In this document: one piece after another, positions 1 through 10,915 of the stretch
Numbering within the stretch: position 1 is the stretch's first letter
Layout of the letters: every line of letters starts with the position of its first letter
From: Felis catus
Taxonomy: Eukaryota
Reading direction: 5' to 3'
Length of the DNA stretch: 64,000 bases
Assembly: GCF_018350175.1 (NCBI RefSeq)
Contig: NC_058373.1
Coordinates: forward strand, 113,152,001-113,216,000
Program-made: the position numbers and the translations under genes
The notes under the pieces: generated by a model
Told to the model about the DNA's origin: nothing
Database searches by the model: none
The model's input: the letters and a program-made list of their open reading frames with translations, nothing else

Positions 1-400
1 CTTCATCTGTATCACTTATCATATCCTTTAATAAACTGGTAAATATATTTTCCTGAGTTCTGTGAGTCACTGTAGCAAATTAACTGAAATGGAAAAGGGG
101 GTGTATTGGAACCTCCAATCGATAGCCCATTGGTCAGTCAGAAGTGCAGCTAGTGTCTAAAGTATGGGTGGGGTGGGGTGGAGGGGGGCAGTTTTGTGGG
201 ACTGATCTCTTAACCCATGGGATATGATACTATCTCTAGGTAGATAGTGTCAGAATTGAGTTAAATGGCAGGACATGTAGCTGGTATCACAGAGAATTGC
301 TTGGTGTTGGGGAAAACCTCTACACTTTTGGTGACCAGCAGTGTCAGAAGGGAAGTGTTGTGAGTACAAGTAAAGGAAATTCACAGGATAAAGAAACAAT
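1..400 (+). mobile_element. MER21-like LTR, 3' part (truncated by window start)
   Basis: Motifs typical of MER21-family LTRs: 'aataaactggtaaat', 'cctgagttctgtgag', 'ggtagatagtgtcagaattgag', 'ggggaaaacc'; shares these blocks with the copy at 39.4-40.2 kb. Confidence 0.65.
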
Positions 401-464
401 AGGTTGTTCCCTATAAGGTTTTCCCTACATGGGAAGGAAAAATCTGCAAACGTCAAAGCAAAAG

Positions 465-545
465 AGCCAAGGGAGGATTCTCCCCTATAGGTTTCAGAGG
501 AAGCATGGCCCTGCTAACACCTTGATTTCAGACTTCTAGCCTGAA
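465..545 (+). mobile_element. MLT1 (MaLR) LTR fragment
   Basis: 'ggattctcccctataggtttcagaggaagcatggccctgctaacaccttgatttcagacttctagcct' resembles the MLT1 core. Confidence 0.6.
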
Positions 546-2779
546 GAACTCCTTCCAGACTTGTTTCTTCTATGCCTATTTTTCCTTACTAATAATACCT
601 TTTATATTTTCACTTTTTGGGTTATTAGATTATAAGCATTTTTAACATCTGCAAAACCATAATATACTTAGTCATTTGTTTATTTGTGCGGACATATAGG
701 TAGTTTCCAGTTTTTTCACTACATAAATAATACTGTGTTCATAAAGCTTTGATGGTATTTTCTTGGGATAGAGTCCTTCCTACAAAGGACATTTTCAGGC
801 CAAAGGGTGTTAGCATTGCCATGTCATTTTCTAAGAGGGTCATCAGAGGTATGAGCCGGGCAGCAAGGCCTGAAGTACCTCAGTGTCTTCTTAAAGGAAA
901 AGCAATCTTGTCCGTGCTGATCTCACTTCCTTCCCCCTCACCCTCCTTTAAAGCCAGGCCAAGTGAGTGCCCTGCATTTTGCCTGGAGCTTTGCTTCTTT
1001 CTTGTCTGGGCGGGAGTGAGAGCCAGATCTATCATGCCCCTGCCCGTCAACTGCTTTCACCCTCCTGGGTGATGACTGTTTTGTACTCTGGGCTTCCAGC
1101 TCAGGCCCTGCCCCCACCCCAGGCTTTAAACCGTCCTAAATCTATGGAATCCCATGGTCCTAGCCTTGCAACTAGTCCAGTGGATACAGAAGCTGCTGCC
1201 GGCGCCACCCAGGAGGAGAGGGAGTGGGGGTGGGGGGGAGAAAAAGTTGAGATTGATCAATAGGCGGGAACTGTTAGCAGGGGCACCCAGCCAGGTCCCT
1301 CACCTTGCAGGAAAGGGTGTGGCTTCCGCTAGCTTCAGGGCCAGCCTCCAAACACCAGGCTTTGGGTTTAGCTGGAATGAGCATTCAGTATTTCAGCCAA
1401 GCGCCTTCTGTGGGCCTTTGGGCTGGACCTGTAGACTGTTCTCACTTCCCTGCACCCTGAACTCCCTTGGCCAGCGACCCAGGACTGGGCAGCCATCCAG
1501 AAGAGAATTCACATCCTTCCTTCTAGCATTCCCGGATTCTGCATGGTGGTGGTGGTGGGGAATCTTGGGAGGAAACTCCAGCAACTGGGGGAGACCCCTA
1601 CTAGGGCCAAGCTATGTGGACAATCAAAGATGCCTATCAGATGCCCTGCCCAGCTCACACTCTCCCTCTCACCTCACAAGGTGCAGGAAAGTTGGAGCAA
1701 CCCCGCCACAGGTTGTCTTTCTGAGGTGCAGATGCTTCCACAGAACGAGAAGGACTAACCACAGTGGCTTGGAATTTGGTACCTGCTTGTGTCCAGCCTG
1801 ACCCTTGATCTGGCATCAGCCTCCTACTAGATCTCCTGCTTGTAGTTTTGAGCAAACAACACCCCTGCCCTCCTATACAAATAATGTGTAACATAGCATG
1901 GCTACATTACCCATGGACCTGAAAGCAATCAGACTTCAGGGCTGCTCTGACTGCCAGGGGAGGCAATGGAAGGGGGAGCCCCGTCATCTCTCTTCATCCA
2001 TCTCCCTCCCAAAGCTACAATCTCAGTAGAAGAGCCAAAAGTCTCATCCCCAGATTTTATGCCCTGCTGTTATGTTAGTATAAACCCTTACTGTGGACAT
2101 CAATGTTAAAAGAATTTTAAAATATTGAACTTCCTCTTGCTGCTGCTCTTTGGTTCATTTTCCACCTTGATCTGTGTGCTCTTTGTCTGTCTGAAGTCTT
2201 GTAAGCTGTGGGAAAGGCGACATGGGCCATGGGCATGAGGCCATGGGCCATGGACTGAGGATGGAGACTGCAGTCCCAGTTATTAGTCCCCCGGCTCTGG
2301 GCAAGCGGTTTCATCTTTCTGCCCCTCAGTTTCCTCATCTGTAATTCAGTGATAACAGCACCCACCCTGCTGTGGGCAGAATAAGATTTGGAGTCAACCT
2401 TATGGGTTTGCACCCGCTCCATCACCACTAGCACCCAGATCCTAAGCAAGCTGCTTAATTAACCTCCCCGAACCTAGTTTCTCCTTCGTGGAAAGGGAGG
2501 AAAGTGGTGCTACACGTGTGGGACTGCGGGGGGCTGAAGAACACGAGGTCCGGGACTCCTACACGCTAAGAGCTTCATTCAGAAGCCTGGGCTGCCTCCT
2601 CGCTCAGGGGTTACTGTGAATAGTACAGGAGATGATGCGTTCGTACATAGACGGGCGCCGCGAGCACACTTAGGTTGCTTCAATATAGCATATTTAAATG
2701 CTGTACTCTTTCCGGCTTAATACGTTTCCAGCTTAATACTCCCCTTCAGGAGTCGCCCCCCGCCTCCTACCACTAGCCA

Positions 2780-3420
2780 AGCTGAACTCTCCTTGCCTGT
2801 GTGCCCCGGCCGCTCTGTTCCACCTGAAGCCGCCCTCCAACCCCGGCACCCGGCTGTCCCCAGGCCGCCGAGACCGCCGTCGGGCGCGGGCTGGGGACCC
2901 GGCTCCGGGAGCCGCCCTCCGGGCCAGTGTCCGCTCACCCTCTTGACGAGGAAACCCTCCTTGAGCACGCCGTCCTCCATGTCGCTGCGCGCGCCAGCCG
3001 GGCCTCCGGGCGCTCCAGGTGCGCTGTACCCGCGCCGCCCGCTCCTCCGCGCGCCCGCGGCGCCCAGGAAGCACCTCCGACCCCGCGCGGGCGACGCCTC
3101 CCTGGCCCGCGTCCAGAGCCCGAGACCGCGGGGCCTCCCGGGCAGGAAGTCACGCCAAGTCGGGGTTTCTGACGTGGTCGCCCCCGCAAAGGCGCGCTAG
3201 GGTCTGCGGTTAGGCCTCCGGGTACAGAGTCTGCGGGCTCTGAGCGTCCCGCCCTGCCGTCGCCTCCGGGAGCCTTCCCCGTCCCGCGCTCTCCGACCGG
3301 GCGGGGTGCCCCATCCAGGTGCCCCTGAGCGCGCGCGGCGCCTCTGGCTGTTTGGTCTTTGCCCATCTTCGCCAGCCCCCAGCCTTAACCAGGTGCCTGC
3401 CTGGCACTTAGTGTATGGCC
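2780..3420. promoter_or_regulatory. PLEK2: CpG island / TATA-less promoter of PLEK2
   Basis: Very high GC and CpG density around exon 1; ETS motif CAGGAAGT (~3144), TGACGTGG (~3170), GC boxes (~3248, ~3299). Confidence 0.85.
2939..2980 (-). CDS. PLEK2: Pleckstrin-2, first coding exon (MEDGVLKEGFLVKR); rest of gene lies left of the window
   Basis: ATG at 2980 in good Kozak context (gacATGG); 14 codons matching the pleckstrin-2 N-terminus (first strand of PH domain), followed by a canonical donor AGG|GTGAGC at 2938; CpG island; neighbour of TMEM229B as in other mammals. Confidence 0.95.
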
Positions 3421-3498
3421 CTCGAGTAATACTTACGGAATTAAACGGCACTGAAAGGATTTGCAGGGATTCCGAGTAATCCCGAGCTCAGTGGAAAT

Positions 3499-3600
3499 GG
3501 GCGGGGGGGGGGGGGGGGGGTGGAGAATGGATGGAGTGGAACCAGCTGGGAACTTTATCCTGGCCCCTGGTGGGCGCAGGGCAAAGTTCCCGTTGACAAA

Positions 3601-3633
<33 letters not shown>

Positions 3634-3636
3634 AAA
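3499..3636. repeat. Poly-G run (18 G, 3503-3520) and (CAA)n microsatellite (~3603-3633)
   Basis: Directly visible. Confidence 0.95.
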
Positions 3637-3865
3637 CAGGTCACAGGTTTAAAGAAGCAGGCGCAGATTGCAGGAGCCCTCTGCCTCCAGAATATACCCA
3701 CCCACCCCCAAAAAAGCTACAGCTGGGGATTACTTCATTAGGTGCAAAATTTAAGGGCATGCCGAGGAACTCAGTAATCTAGATAAATTATATTTTAATG
3801 CAGTATTTTTGAAAATCAAAAATAATGCAAAAAAAATCCCCAGATGAACAAAATAACAAAAATTT

Positions 3866-4100
3866 ATTTTTTTTTATTTTTTTTAAAATTTTTTTTTCAA
3901 TGTTTATTTATTTTTGGGACAGAGAGAGACAGAGCATGAACGGGGGAGGAGCAGAGAGAGAGGGAGACACAGAATCGGAAACAGGCTCCAGGCTCTGAGC
4001 CATCAGCCCAGAGCCCGACGCGGGGCTCGAACTCACGGACTGCGAGATCGTGACCTGGCTGAAGTCGGACGCTTAACCGACTGCGCCACCCAGGCGCCCC
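3866..4100 (-). mobile_element. CanSINE (young SINEC_Fc-type), full length
   Basis: Reverse strand begins GGGGCGCCTGGGTGGCGCAGTCGGTTAAGCGTCCGAC; (CT)n and A-tail; 16-bp TSD AAAATAACAAAAATTT (3850-3865) / AAAGTAACAAAAATTT (4102-4117). Confidence 0.95.
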
Positions 4101-6070
4101 TAAAGTAACAAAAATTTAAATGAGGACGGGGTCAGTCATGTCCTACCAGACCATATTGGAGCCTGCAACAAAAGGAAACATAGCAATACTGATTCTTTCT
4201 AGTAATCCTTAGGACACATTCAGCTTGTTCATTGTTTGCACTGGGTGTGAAGGGCCCCCTAAGGATTGTTCACCAGGAAGCGGAAAGGCCCTAGCTGCTT
4301 AGAAGAGAAGAAAAGTTTCTGTCAGAACAAAGTACCCCAGGTTGCCTTTCAGAACCAGCCTGGTGCACAATTCCCAACCGGTGCCAATGCCCCGGAAATG
4401 CCTTCTCACTGACTTCAGATCTCCCCGTGAATCCAAAAGTAATGAATGTATCTTCCACTCCATTTCAAAACGCACATAGACTCAGTACCTTATGAAGCCA
4501 GGTCTGTAGTGGTGCAAGGTTTTATTTAATGTACAACAATCCCATTAGGTGAGTTTATTATCCCTTTATTTGTTTTTTCCCAGCAAAGGAAACTGAAACT
4601 CAAAATAGTTAAATAACTTGCCCAAGGTCACACAACGTAGGATTTTAACTCCAGGGCAGTGTGGATACTACACTTATGTCTCAGTTCTTGAGCTAGAAGG
4701 CGGAGTAAAGAATCACATGAGCTCTGAAATCTTGCTGGGCTCAAACCTAGGACATGGGAAGATAGAATGGGAAATTCTTATCTTCTTTGGCTCTGGCTGT
4801 GGCCTGCTCATCTCCTTCTTCCTCTCAAATCCAGGAAAGCAGGGGATTGGCACAGACTAACACAGCATACTAAGACTTGGAAGAGGTGGCAATACATTTG
4901 ACAAGAAGTGTTCCTGAATGAGTTCACAGAGATGGAAAAGGGAACAATACTGGTCCTCTCTCCTGGAAGTGCCCCCTACCAGGAGGAAACTAAGGCCTCT
5001 GCATACTTAGAACCTGCTTCCTGTCCTGGGGAAGCCCCTGGTCCAGCCCACCCCGTCTGACTCACTGGACCCATGGCATGAGTCACACTCTTTCCTCACC
5101 CAGCTGTAGTGGCTGAGCCACCAGCCCACCAGGGAACCACGCTGACATAAGCCCAACTCAACCATGGGGAAGAGGATGAAGACAGAGGAAGCAGACAGTG
5201 GTGAACAGCTGAGACTTGGAGAAAGGAGAGGGAAAGGTAAGGAAGCTCAGAACACAAGAGCTTATCTTACTCTTCCAGGCAGACAACTCTCCTCTCCCTC
5301 TCAAGACTTAGGCTGATGTGGAAGGATCCTTGACTCTCTCAGAAGGTCAGATAATATCTAGAATGTTTGAGTTGTAGAGAGCTATATGGTCAGTGTTTGC
5401 TTGTAGGTGATTCAAGTGAAATTCCAATGTGAAATTCCATCATTAGAGAGTCATTCCTCTAGCTATAGATAAGGATCCACTGTTTAAGATACTCACAGTA
5501 GAGAACGGTAAATCATGAATCCTTACTCACAATGAATACATTGACTTAATGAGTGTATCAGAATCCAGAATCAGAATCTAATCAGAATTTTATAAATGAA
5601 GACTCCCAAAGCCCAGAGAAATAAAATGACTTGTCCAAGGCCCAACAGCCAGTTAGTGGCAATGCAAGACCAGGAAACAGGCTAACAGTACTTCAAGGTA
5701 CTTCAAGTACTTCAAGGCTAGCTCTCAGCAAACGCCAAGGGCACTTTCCCTAGCAGTGTCCTGCATCAGAACAGGACTGCCTTGAGGGTATAACTACATA
5801 CACTGGAAAGAGTTCTGTCTGCAAAGCCAGAAAAGACTTTAAACAATGTCTTCCATGTTTTTTCTGACCATAAATAATTTTTGTGCTCATTATAGAAAGT
5901 TTAGAAATTACAAAAAAAAAAAAAAAAGATAACACCACACAAATCCCATCATCCAGGCAGATAATATTTTTACATTCACCTATATTTTTATTTAAAAATT
6001 CTTGAACCTTGTCTTTTTTTCATTTATAATAGCTAATAAGCATCTTAGCAGATCATTAAAAATAATTCAA

Positions 6071-6286
6071 GGGGCGCCTGGGTGGCTTGGTCGGTTAAGC
6101 GTCCGACTTCGGCTCAGGTCATGATCTCACGGTCCGTGAGTTTGAGCCCCACGTCGGGCTCTATGCTGACAGCTCAGAGCCTGGAGCCTGTTTCAGATTC
6201 TGTGTCTCCCTCTCTCTCTGCTCCTCCCCTGTTCATGCTCTGTCTCTCTCTGTCTCAAAAATGAATAAACGTTAAAAATAATTAAA
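6071..6286 (+). mobile_element. CanSINE (SINEC_Fc-type)
   Basis: GGGGCGCCTGGGTGGC head, (CT)n, AATAAA/A-tail; TSD AAAAATAATTCAA (6058-6070 / 6287-6299). Confidence 0.95.
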
Positions 6287-7519
6287 AAAAATAATTCAAA
6301 AACATAATTTTAATGGTTGAATAACATTTCATCCTGCCTATATCATAATGTATTTCATCATTTTCATTTAGGTTGAATTCCCTATTTTACTGTGTAAATG
6401 ATGTTATGATAAATACCTCAGTATATAAACATTCTGCCACATCCCTGATTATTTTTTGATAAATGTTGAAAGCATGCTTTTAGGTTAAAAGGTGTATTTT
6501 TAAAATTCTTGATACACATCTCCAAACTGCCTTTTAGAAACATACCACAAGATGCCTTTACCAGCAGCATATGATAATGGCAGTCTCGGGTGTCTACACC
6601 AGTATTACCTGTAGTATTTTTAGAAATCTTTGCTGTTTTATTGGGAGGAGCAGAGCCCCTTCCTAGATGTGTAGGCTCTGTGTTGTCTTTATCAGGGGAT
6701 GGCTAGCTGGGGGAGATCCCCCTGGAAGAGACTCGGAACTGGGAAGTGGCCAGGAGAGAGGGCAGTGAAGAGGTGCAGTGTAGAGCACCACTCACAGGAA
6801 AAGGGGGGCATGTGGGGTCTTGGGCAGCCAGGAAAGCACCCTGAAGGCATTGGGCAGAAAAAAGAGGAAGGAGAAGGGAGCTAGAAGTGAAGGCAGCAGA
6901 GAGAGCCGGTAGAGAAATTTTGCCCAATTCATGGTTTTGCTCAAAGCCATCCCAAGTTGCTCTCTTACAGCCAGAAACGTATTCATTCATTCATCATTTC
7001 ATTCATTCACTCACCAAGGTGGAGACTCATATTGAATATGTTCCACGTACAAAGCACAAACCACTTGCCAGGAGGAATACACAGACCCTGGCCCCAGGCC
7101 TTACACATCAGTGTAGACAAAGTACCACTTTGATTAACCATGAATATCCCCCTGGTCTGCCACAGGTGGCAGGGCAGGCCCACCAACACAAAAAGTGGTG
7201 TTCCAGAACAGTGCTACCCACACCATCTGTGCTGAAGACCAGTGCTTTTGATTTCCCCTGAGTCGTGGACTATTGTGTGGTCCTAGTGTGCATGACTAGA
7301 ACATAGCCTCCACCACAGGCAACTTACCAGAGACTTCTGCATCAACCAAACTCATCTATATTCTGTTCAATGAAATAAAACCATCCATCATGCACTTGAA
7401 TGTCGTGGCAATGCCCAGCTGCCATAAAAGTTTCCAAACACTCTCCATTTCTGTTCTTAGCTTATCACAGAGCAGTACCAAACAGACCACTCATAAAATA
7501 AACCACACTTCGAGTGTGA

Positions 7520-8060
7520 GTTCTGGAAACTTCACATCTTATTTCAGCCATTACATGACCTTTGGCAAATTACTTATCCTCTCTGATCCTTATTTTCCTC
7601 ATCCATAAAATGGGGTAAGAAAGTGCCTGTCTCACGGGGTTATTGGGCAAAATAAATGAGAATATGAAAGTAAATTGTGTAGTGCCAATGCCTGGCACAC
7701 AGTAGGACACAATAAATTCCCTCAATTCCATTTGATCCCAACCTTGTGAAGTTAGTAGGAGTACTGGTTGTAAGTACCCCACAGTTATGGATAAAATACC
7801 AAAGCTGGGAAGGGGGTAGAAGAGCAGAGAGTTTATGTTTACTGTGTTCCTATTATGTGCCAAAGACTTAGCATATACTATTTTATCTAATCCTCAAAAA
7901 TTCCCTGTGAATTGGGGATTATACCCATTCTGTAGATGGAAATGAAGATTCAGAGAAGTTAAATAACTTGGCCAACATCACAAAGCTAGTATATGGCTCA
8001 GTCCAGGTTAAAATCTAGACCTGATTCCAAGCCTTGTTCTTTCCACTACTTCATACTGTC
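7520..8060. mobile_element. Two MIR remnants in opposite orientations (~7520-7720 +, ~7830-8060 -)
   Basis: MIR core 'tgacctttggcaaattactt...tttcctcatccataaaatggg' and reverse 'gagaagttaaataacttggccaacatcaca'. Confidence 0.6.
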
Positions 8061-8985
8061 TCCTTTGGCTAAAGGATGTTCTCTTTGGAGAAGGAATCCC
8101 ATTGGCCTAAGTCAGAGGGTTACTGTGGTAAGTTGCATTCTTGTTCCCAATTATTCACTGCCTGTGGTAGGCTTCCCTGACCCTTTGACTCAGGGTGGGT
8201 CTTGTAACTTGCTTTGACCCACAGAACATCACCTGCACATCCCAGTGGAAGATTTAAGTGCCATCACCTGGTTCCACCCTTGCTCTTTCCACAAGCCCGG
8301 CATGGCCCAAATCAGGGCTGCTTCCACAACTTGGGTCCAGGAGTGCACACAACTTGGGAAAAGAACTACAGCCAACGTGAGTAAGAAGTAAGCCTTTGTT
8401 GTTGTAGACACTGAGGTTGGGGGAGGGTTGTTTGCTACCACGGTGTAACTGGTGAAAGTTCATTGATACCCACAGCTCTCCACCTCAGTTGCGTCCCAGA
8501 TCCTGAAGGATGCTACTGGGCAATGCCAGGACTGTGCAGCTTGGAACACCTAACATGGACGGGTGGAGTGCCCTCTCATGAACACCCTGAAACTCACCTC
8601 CCTGTTCCACTGGCAAAGCTGAAACACCTTGAGAGAGCTGTCAGTCTCTCCAGGGTGTTCAGCCAGCCTTTGGTCGGGGACAACCCAGACTCCCTGCTTC
8701 CCCACCAGTGCCCTCCATCCTGCCTGTCCCTCAGAACCCAGCCTTTTAGGAGAAATGCTTGTGGCAGCTGTCTCCTGGACAGGAAGGGCAGGGGGTGGAG
8801 CAGGATGCATCTCATGACTCAGCTGTCTGTTCAGGGAGAACTGGACCTGTTTAATATAGATAAGGGCCCTCCCCTCCTTCTCTCCCCCCTTCCCCCCTTC
8901 TCTAAATGTCATTCCTAGAGGTTAGGCTTTCTTTTGGCTTATTTTGTGTGTGTAAAAAAAAAAGGGGGGGCAACGTGGGGGAGCA

Positions 8986-9145
8986 GGGCGCCTGGGTGGC
9001 TCAGTCGGTTAAGCATCTGACTCTTGATTTTAACTCATGTCGTGATCTCACAGTTCCTGATGGAGTCCGGCATCAGGCACAGAGCCTGCTTAGTTAGGAT
9101 TCTCTCTCTCTCCCTCTCCCAAAATAAATAAATACATTTTTTAAA
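8986..9145 (+). mobile_element. CanSINE, internally deleted
   Basis: GGGCGCCTGGGTGGCTCAGTCGGTTAAGCA head, short CT tract, AAATAAATAAA tail. Confidence 0.85.
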
Positions 9146-10787
9146 GGGGGATGGGGGTGGTAGAACCTTGGCCTGGGAATGTCTGAGGAACCCCAGCAGG
9201 AAGGGGCTGGCTAAGGTGCCATGTGCTGGCCACCGTGTATCACTATCACATCTGGTCATATTTGTTCTCCGGCCTCAGAGGCTCCCACCTGGCCAATCAT
9301 CAGAATCACCTGCAGGGCTTTTAACCAGCCCCACTCAGGGCCTCCACTCATAACAAGGCAGGTTGTGTACTGCATAAAGAGGGCAAATGGAAGCCAAAGT
9401 GCAAGCTATGCTCCACAGTCCACACATGCCCTCAACTCAGGGCTGCCTTCTCTAAAGGGAGGGGGGATTTTTCTTAACCTAAAGTCTCTGTCCACTTGCC
9501 AAGTCACATCCTAGCAAGACTGCTTCTGCCCAGAGAAGGCACCTTCTTCTATTTCATACAAAGTAGCAGGGACCATGCCCATCCCCAGGAGATTCTGATT
9601 TGTGGATTGGAGAAGCCTCATTTAAGAAACCTGTCCTGGTGAGGAGGTGGGTCAGCTCTGGGAACCTTAGTCCTGAAAACCCCCTGAGCTTCTCAGCCCT
9701 CTTAGGGGGAAGGGCCCTCTGAATTCAAACGTGGGTGCCGACTGAAGACCAGCCCCATTGCTGACTAGGACGCGGGCAGGAGGAGGGAAATCCTGTGCGT
9801 CCCCCAGGTGATGTGGAGTTGAATTCGGGTGTGCAAGTCAGTCTCCAGGCTGGTCTCCCACCTGCATTCAGGCCGGCGGCATAAAAGCGTCCCCAGCCCC
9901 CACGCACCCAGCTCCGCCCTCGGGAGAGGCTATCAGTTGCTAGGTGGGGCGGTCTGCTCGGGAGATTAGAAGAGGGCGAAGCCTGCCCCAACAATCCCCA
10001 ACACAGAGCTCTGAACCTAGACAAAGTGAGGAGTAGGGGGTTGCTGCGGGCTTCGTGAGGTTAAAAATGCTAAGAGATGGCGTGAAGACTGAATTCTCAA
10101 AGTAGCAATCACTCACACCCCTTTTGGGAGTTTCCAGTGAGGGGGAAGCTCGGGCCAGAACTTCCCAGGACTGGAGGCTGACGCTTCACCGCATTCCAAA
10201 CGCGGAACCACGTGGGCTGGGCGGGGCAGGCGCCGCGCAGAGGTCAGCTGTGTTGGCCCAGGCAGACTTCCCACCAACACCTGGCGAGCGGGAGCCTTGG
10301 ACGAAGAGTTTAAGGAGGCTCTCGGAGTGTGGAGGTGCAAGGTCCACCCCTGAAAGCGCGTGTCTCCTTAAATTTTGTGCTGTTTCTCCTGCTAGTCCCG
10401 CCCCAGTCCCAGCCTGAGTCCTGACCACCGTGGGTGCAACTTCTGAATTACCTGGCTCCTCCACAGCTTTTGGGGTGGCCCGCCCATGTAGAAGCCCACC
10501 TCCCACGAGCAAGGTGAATCTCCTCTCACTTGAAGATCAGAAATTGAGATCTTTCCTGTTCAATTAAGGATACGTTTCCAGTAAGTGCAGACATGGAAGA
10601 AAATAGCAGACAAACAGTGGCTAAGATGGCAGACTCTGCATTTGATCTCCTTAAAGTGCAGATCCGACTCTAGAGAGCTATGCTGGGCCTGGGACTTTGC
10701 ACTTGTAACTAGTCACCAGATGATGCTACTGTCCTTGGTCAGGAACCACAGGAGTTACTTAGTTCCTGTAAAGAGGAGACCTCGAAC

Positions 10788-10915
10788 TCAGGACTGGCTG
10801 CACAATTTGCAGGTTCCAATACAGAATGAAAAGGTAGGCTCCAGTTTCAAAACTTAAGAATGTCAAGGTAGCAGCAGCAGACTGTTAAAACAGTCGTGGG
10901 GCCCTATGCCACTGT
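10788..10915 (+). mobile_element. MER45A-like hAT MITE remnant
   Basis: 'caggactggctgcacaatttgcaggttccaatacagaatgaaaa...aagaatgtcaaggtagcagcagcag...ggggccc' resembles the MER45A consensus. Confidence 0.55.

Noticed and set aside
1154..1801. 215-aa ORF in PLEK2 intron 1 (antisense)
   Set aside because: No recognisable domain or composition; consistent with a chance ORF.
2717..3451. Several overlapping 60-140 aa ORFs, including the 87-aa run-on of PLEK2 exon 1
   Set aside because: GC-rich CpG-island ORFs; PLEK2 similarity stops at the splice donor at 2938.
5688..5716. Triple GTACTTCAA(G) direct repeat
   Set aside because: Short local tandem duplication without spacers; not CRISPR-like and no evidence of function.
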